A model generated the notes under the pieces. The model was given only the letters and a program-made list of their open reading frames with translations, searched no databases and was not told the origin of the DNA. From NCBI GenBank assembly GCA_963693365.1, contig CAVNZM010000012.1, forward strand, positions 4,888,409-4,952,408: a stretch of DNA of 64,000 nt, given 5' to 3'. This stretch comes from Amoebidium appalachense. Its lineage: Eukaryota; Protista; Ichthyosporea. Below, one piece after another: positions 33,050 through 64,000 of the stretch (position 1 is its first letter; each line of letters begins with the position of its first letter). Position numbers and translations under genes: made by a program.

Positions 33050-33456
33050 TAAGGGGGGTATGGTGCTGTCTCACCTTCAGCTTTTTGATGGCTCTCTCAC
33101 AATCATCTCTGTTACAACAAAACACGTTAGCCCCCGAAACCCCCCCAACCCCACCTCCACCCAAGCAACCCACCATCTACCATACATAGAGAAGGGGGCG
33201 GGAAAAGAGGGACTATTTCTGGACTGTTTTTGGAAGTTGTTTCACACTGCAGCTAAAGCAAGAAACACACACACACAAACACACACACACACACACACAT
33301 CCAAGTCTCCCCCCCCCTCCCTCCCTCCCCCCCCCCCCCCCCCCGCCGCTGTAGGTGCATGTGTGTATGCCTTTCTCTCTCTTGCTGCGCACGCCTGAGT
33401 GTGAGTGCACGTGCATGCAAGTCTCTGTCCCCCCCGCCGCCCGTGTGTGTGCGTGT

Positions 33457-33500
<44 letters not shown>

Positions 33501-33623
33501 GCCTGCACGCCGACATGTGCTTGTGTGTACGTGTGTTTGCGTGTGTTGATGTGACGAATGCAGCAGACGACAGGATTTCTGGGGTGTGAGTGTGTATGTG
33601 TGAGTGGGTGGGGAGTGGGGGGG

Positions 33624-33665
<42 letters not shown>

Positions 33666-33805
33666 GCATGTGCTCGTGCATGCCCGCGCGTACATACTTG
33701 GGTGCCTCCCTGCATGCACCCATGTGTGTATGTGGGTGCGCATGTAAACGTGACTGGTGCCACAGACGAGGAGGGCTATTCGGGGGACGGAAAGGGCGGG
33801 CGGGG

Positions 33806-33847
<42 letters not shown>

Positions 33848-34074
33848 GAATGCGGGAGGGGAGGGGCGGGGTGGGGGGGAGATTATGCACACATACATTG
33901 AGGGCTGCTGTGCGTGCTTTGGGCGTATCCTCAGGACCTGTTTCATGACGTCATCCAGGTCCATCAGCCCCCCGTTTCTTGGCCGGGCAGCCAGGCACAC
34001 CTCCACTATCTGCACACCAAGCTGCACACAAACACCCACCCAGTCAGACATGCACATTGCTAACTCCCCCCCAC

Positions 34075-34108
<34 letters not shown>

Positions 34109-34157
34109 ACAGTTTTCTGGCCCCCTCACTCTCTATGGCGGGGGGAGAGAGAGAGAG

Positions 34158-34194
<37 letters not shown>

Positions 34195-34289
34195 ATAGGA
34201 AACAAAGAAGAAGTGTGTACGTCCATGGTTGTGTGTGCATGTGTGTGTGTGTGTGTGTGCGTGCACGTGTGTGTGTGTATGTGTGTAAC

Positions 34290-34320
<31 letters not shown>

Positions 34321-34432
34321 AGCCACCTGCATGCAATTCCAGTGAAAAGCCTAGCTCCTGTAGGACAGGGGTTGCGAATTATCGAATATAATCTTGTGTG
34401 TGCATGCGTGTGTGTGTGCGTGTGCATGTGTG

Positions 34433-34467
<35 letters not shown>

Positions 34468-36573
34468 ACATGATGGCATGTGGGATGGGAGAGACCCACC
34501 TCAAAGTAGAAGTCACCGACCCCAAGCAGCTCAGACCAGAAACCCTTGCGTGCTGGGCGGAGGTCACAGTAGGTGAGAATTACATGCCTTTGTGACAACA
34601 TTTAATCATCCGTCTACACCCCTCCTCCCCCCCCCCCCCCCCCCCCTCCCCCCCCCCCCCACACACACACGTGCATCAGCCCCCATCACCTCCCCCCTCT
34701 TTCCTTCTTCCCCCCCCCCCCCCCCCCCCCTTCCCCCCAACAACACAACACACACACACACACACTTGGCTACCCCCCTCCCCCCCCCCCCCCAAAAAAG
34801 AACAGAAAAGAAAGGGGGAAAAAAAAAGCCCTTCCCCACCATCAAATAATGACGTTCCTGTCTCTAAATGCTTGCACACTACACCATCAATCCCTCCCCC
34901 TCCCCCTCCCCCCCCCCCCCCCCCCTCCTTCCCGCTGCCCCCACCCTTCATTCCTACCCTTGGTTTATCTGTGCGTGAATGGACTAATACGACCACGTTT
35001 AGGCAGGCAGGGGAGAGAGTGTTTCTGTGCGTGTGCATGACGGATGGAGAACGGAGAGTGTTAGAGTGTTATCAAAAAAATGTGGCGTGGGTAGTCTATA
35101 CCTGCCTGCCCTCCATTTACAGTGTAATGAATATGCCAGTCATCAAACTACACGGGGGAGGAGGAGGAGGAGGAAGGGGGGGGGGGGGGGGGGGGGGGGA
35201 GGAGACGGAGAAAGGGGAAGAGAGGATGGGGTTGGGGGGGGGGGGGGGGGGGGCAGGGAGGGAGCTGGAAAAGAAGATCAACCAACTGAAAGCCAGCCGG
35301 TAAAGGAGAAAGAGAGAAAAGAAATGAGGTGCTACTATTGAAAGGCTCATGTATGGTAAGACCCGTTACCAGGGGATGTGGGACCCGAAACAAGGGAAAA
35401 AGGAAGAAAAGGGGGGAGGGGGGGGGGGGGGGGGGGGGGGGAGGGGGACAAACAAAAAAGAAAGAAAGAAAGAAAGAAAGAAAGAAGGAAAAAAACGGTG
35501 GTTAGCTTACAAGCTAACGGATCCACTCCAACCTGGGCGCACATCTTCTGGAAGTGTGTGCGGAAAACCGGGTTCTTGGCAATGTCCTTCTTGTGTTTTC
35601 TGTTGTCGGGTACATACAAAAAGAATTTATTTTCGGTCTTGACACGTTTCTGTTGAGAGAGGCGGACTCAAGCCATGCACATTTCATGAGTAGAAGATGC
35701 AAATGCATGCTGTTACCTCCAATATCGCCGTAAGCAACCAAGTTTAAACCCTCCCCCCTCCCCCTCCCTCCCCTCCCCCCCCCCCCCCTCCCTACCCCAT
35801 CCCCCCCCTCCTCCCCCTCCCCCCGGGGGCCTCTTTCCTTCCTCCCTGGCCCCTTTCCTCTCTCCATCTTCTACACTGCCCAAACGGCGTTGATAAACGC
35901 ACAGGCTTGCCTTCAACCATTGAACACAACCGGAAGTATGGTTTCTAACACAGTACGCACACGGCACGCACATGCACATGCATTCACACACACACACAAA
36001 TACTATCTAGTGAGTTGGTACGTTCCCCCCCCCCCCCCCCCTCCCCCCTTCCCCCCCCCCTCCCCCCCTCTCCCCCCCCGAGTCTCCGGGCGCCACCGCC
36101 AGCTTTCACACACTTCTCCAACCCTCCGTACTCAAACCCTTATCTACCTTCCTTCCCTTCCACCTCCACTTGCCAAAGTTGACCATGGCTAATTTCTACC
36201 ACCAATGTTTCACAAGCAGTTGTTACACCCACAACAAAACATATGGAAACACAAGTGCTCATGTCAACAGGCACCGAGAGTATACATGAATTGTGAGCAC
36301 TTACAAGGCAAAATTTTCCAGCTGTGTCTTGAATACCTCCATTTGTTCAGTCATCTGCCCGTCTCAACATGTTAGTCAAAATGTCCACTAGAAAACACTG
36401 CTCTACACAGACCCTAAAAAACCGGAGATTTTACAGTCAGCACATAAGATTGCAGGTGGTCGGGTTGTCAATAAAGGCAAGAGAGCTGGATTTGGATAAT
36501 TGACGCGAGCAAAAAGGGACGGGCAGGGAGATGACTGTGTTGTTGTTTGGGAGGAGAGGCGAAGAACGGGGGG

Positions 36574-36607
<34 letters not shown>

Positions 36608-37332
36608 AGTGGAGGACGTGTAAAGAAAAGGAGTGGAGGTGGCAGAGACAGCTAGAGAGGACGATGGAGTGGAACCGTCTGTTTGTGCATGAAAGAATCG
36701 TAGGGAGATGGCAGGTGTGCAAATGGGGAGAGCATCGTAGTGAGATGGCAGGTGTGCAAATGTGTATCTGGCTGTGCACCTGCCTTTAATACATGATGAG
36801 GAATAGCCGTGACGACAAAGCTTAGCTTAGAAAGACGGGGAAAGAGCTTAGAGAACAAGAAAGGGACACCCACCGTTTTCATTTCGGCTTCTTCCATTTG
36901 CTCACCGACCTGCCTAGCTATTTGCTGCCAAAGGAAAGAAATCGTCAAAAGAAGAAACAACCGCATGGGAAACTGGTGTAGCAACACAAACAAGGACCGA
37001 TGTCATTTTTCTACGAGGAGCCTACCTTTCGAATCATGCGTACTTTATGGGTTCAAGATTTGTTTTGCTCCTAGGCACCCACCCGAACCTGTCAACAGGC
37101 AGCAGGAGACAGCCCATGAAAATTATAGAATAGGTGTGTGACTCAGTGAAAAAAATTCCAGTCAAAAATTCCTATCAAACCAAAGTCCTCTGAAACTATT
37201 CTCTTGAGCAACATCTTGAGTGAGCTCACTTGTGCGTAAAAGTTCTTGAGACCATGTATGTGTTGAGCGACCACAACACACCTTGGTCGCCTGCTGGCGC
37301 TGAATGCCAGCTATTCCCGGACCCCGCCTCAT
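30504..37332 (-). CDS. SNF8: ESCRT-II subunit Snf8/EAP30/Vps22, 246 aa, 10 exons
   Basis: Exons 37332-37282, 36924-36874, 36354-36305, 35599-35511, 34552-34500, 34021-33897, 33108-33075, 32249-32142, 31716-31642 and 30608-30504. Motifs: [88 protein letters not shown], YWFP. Confidence 0.96.
30983..31001 (-). terminator. Pol III oligo-T terminator of the tRNA-Ala gene
   Basis: A-run on the + strand, i.e. a T-run starting a few nt 3' of the tRNA on the - strand. Confidence 0.75.
31003..31075 (-). tRNA. trnA-AGC: tRNA-Ala (anticodon AGC), intronless, inside SNF8 intron 9
   Basis: Reverse complement GGGGGTGTAGCTCAGATGGTAGAGCGCTCGCTTAGCATGCGAGAGGCACGGGGATCGATACCCCGCACCTCCA folds into a 73-nt cloverleaf with the G3:U70 Ala identity pair and the eukaryotic Ala ATCG T-loop. 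Confidence 0.97.
32352..32836. repeat. ~32-bp G-rich minisatellite (~15 copies) in SNF8 intron 7
   Basis: Unit GTGGGTGGGTTGGGTATAGTATC(GGGTAAAGT/TTGTATATT). The variant pattern recurs at 191 bp spacing (32415 and 32606). Confidence 0.92.
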
Positions 37333-37955
37333 TCTCGCTTCTTGGTGTCGGCACTACGTATATTCCTGGTGAAATCTTCTAGTGTGGCTCCCCAGCTGTC
37401 GGCTGCAAATTTAAAAGTCACTAGCTATGTAGTAGGAGGGTCTACTAGGCTGTTCAAAAAAAAAAAAAGCCCACTCCTGACTGAGCCAGGTGTTTGCGTA
37501 ATCATGCTTTGAATCATATTTATTAGCCATATAACGTTAAACAAGAACGTTTGTTATTGGGGAAATACTGAAAGCCAATGAAACCGCGTATGCTGCATTT
37601 TGGCGCCAACTCAACCCCTGAGCGGCGCCTGGACCAAGGCCTGCTACATACAACCTGGACTCGACACCTTGCGCGCTGTTCATGACCAAAACTCGACTCG
37701 GTCTGAGGCTCCGCCGACCACTTTAAAATACAGTACTGTACATACGGTGGCACAACGGTTACCAGGAAAGGCTCAGAGTTTCTAGCTTTGACACCAGTTT
37801 AACGAAAAACAACAGGTCTTATTAGTTTTCATTCGTAGCACAACCATACAATCTGCGCTTAATAGTCCTTTTTGGTGACAAGTCCGAACATGGTGAAAAT
37901 GGTGGCTCATCTTTTATGATTGAACAGAGTTAATATTACATGGTAGTGGTTGAGA
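37333..37955. promoter_or_regulatory. Putative bidirectional promoter SNF8 (-) / FANCD2 (+)
   Basis: 623 bp between divergent ATGs, without CA/GT or C/G tracts. Contains TTGCGTAAT (37494), TTTGAA (37508), CCAAT (37575) and an E2F-like TTTTGGCGCCAA (37598-37609). Confidence 0.55.
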
Positions 37956-62899
<24,944 letters not shown>

Positions 62900-63122
62900 G
62901 TATCCATAGTGCCCGTGTCAGTTTTGAGATCTCCGCGCTCTCCTCCCCCCCCCCTTCCAGCCCTCCCCCCTCACCCTTCCCGCCAAACATATATACATAT
63001 AATAATAATGATGATAATAATAATAATAATAATATCACCAAATATGTATGCACACATGCAGGCAGGCAGGCAGGCAGTCAGGCCGGCAGGCACACATACA
63101 TTCATGCACACACACACACACA

Positions 63123-63277
<155 letters not shown>

Positions 63278-63763
63278 ACACTCACTCACACATACTAACA
63301 CACACACATGCATGTGCACGCACACAATTCCAATAAATGCAAGGGCAGTCACCTTTTGTGCATGCAACCCCCCCCCCCCCCCCCCCCCCCCCTCCCCCAT
63401 CTCCGCCCTTCCCCCGGTTTTTCCCAGTTTTTCACAATAAATGGTGTGAAAGAGAAATGTCCCACAACGGAACGTGAGCGAAGAGTCGAAAGGAGCGGGT
63501 TTTGGATTGAGTTTTGGCTTGTGAGCCCCACCCATTCCCCCACCCAACCCCAACCCTTTCTGAGGGAAGAGGAGGAGGGGGAGGGGATGCTTCAAATCAT
63601 AATATTCACCCATATTCTCACACACATTCTCTCTCTCTCTTTCTCTTCCCCCCCCTCCCCCCCCCCCCCCCCCCCGCCCCCACCCACGCACACACACCCC
63701 TTTCTTTGTCCTCATTCTCTCCCCTTCGCTCTCCTTGCAACCCCTGTCACTCTCTACTATTCC

Positions 63764-63856
<93 letters not shown>

Positions 63857-63891
63857 CACACACACACATGTACACACACACACACACACAT

Positions 63892-63936
<45 letters not shown>

Positions 63937-64000
63937 CACACACATGTACACACACATGTACACACATATGTACACACACATGTACACACACATGTACACA

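Overview
Eukaryotic, very intron-rich genomic DNA. It looks opisthokont/holozoan, but the taxon cannot be fixed from sequence alone. Introns and intergenic DNA are saturated with (CA)n/(GT)n microsatellites and long poly-C/poly-G runs, so nearly all entries in the supplied ORF track are spurious. By hand-splicing (GT/GC-AG sites with phase checks) I reconstruct six genes: a bZIP transcription factor (-), TPT1/TRPT1 tRNA 2'-phosphotransferase with an unexpected C-terminal eIF2A/PYM-like helical tail (-), an Asp-box/BNR beta-propeller protein (+), an NXPE/PC-esterase-like type II membrane SGNH protein (+), SNF8/EAP30 (-) with a tRNA-Ala(AGC) gene in its last intron, and FANCD2 (+, 29 exons in the window, running off the right end). 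There is also a palindromic TTAA MITE and two minisatellites. The most interesting signals are: (i) polarised intron ends, with GT-rich sequence after donors and (CA)n or poly-C directly against acceptors in place of a U-rich tract; (ii) the Tpt1 fusion; (iii) three splice-junction-spanning tandem duplications in FANCD2; (iv) a shared TTGCGTAAT + E2F + CCAAT module in both head-to-head promoters.
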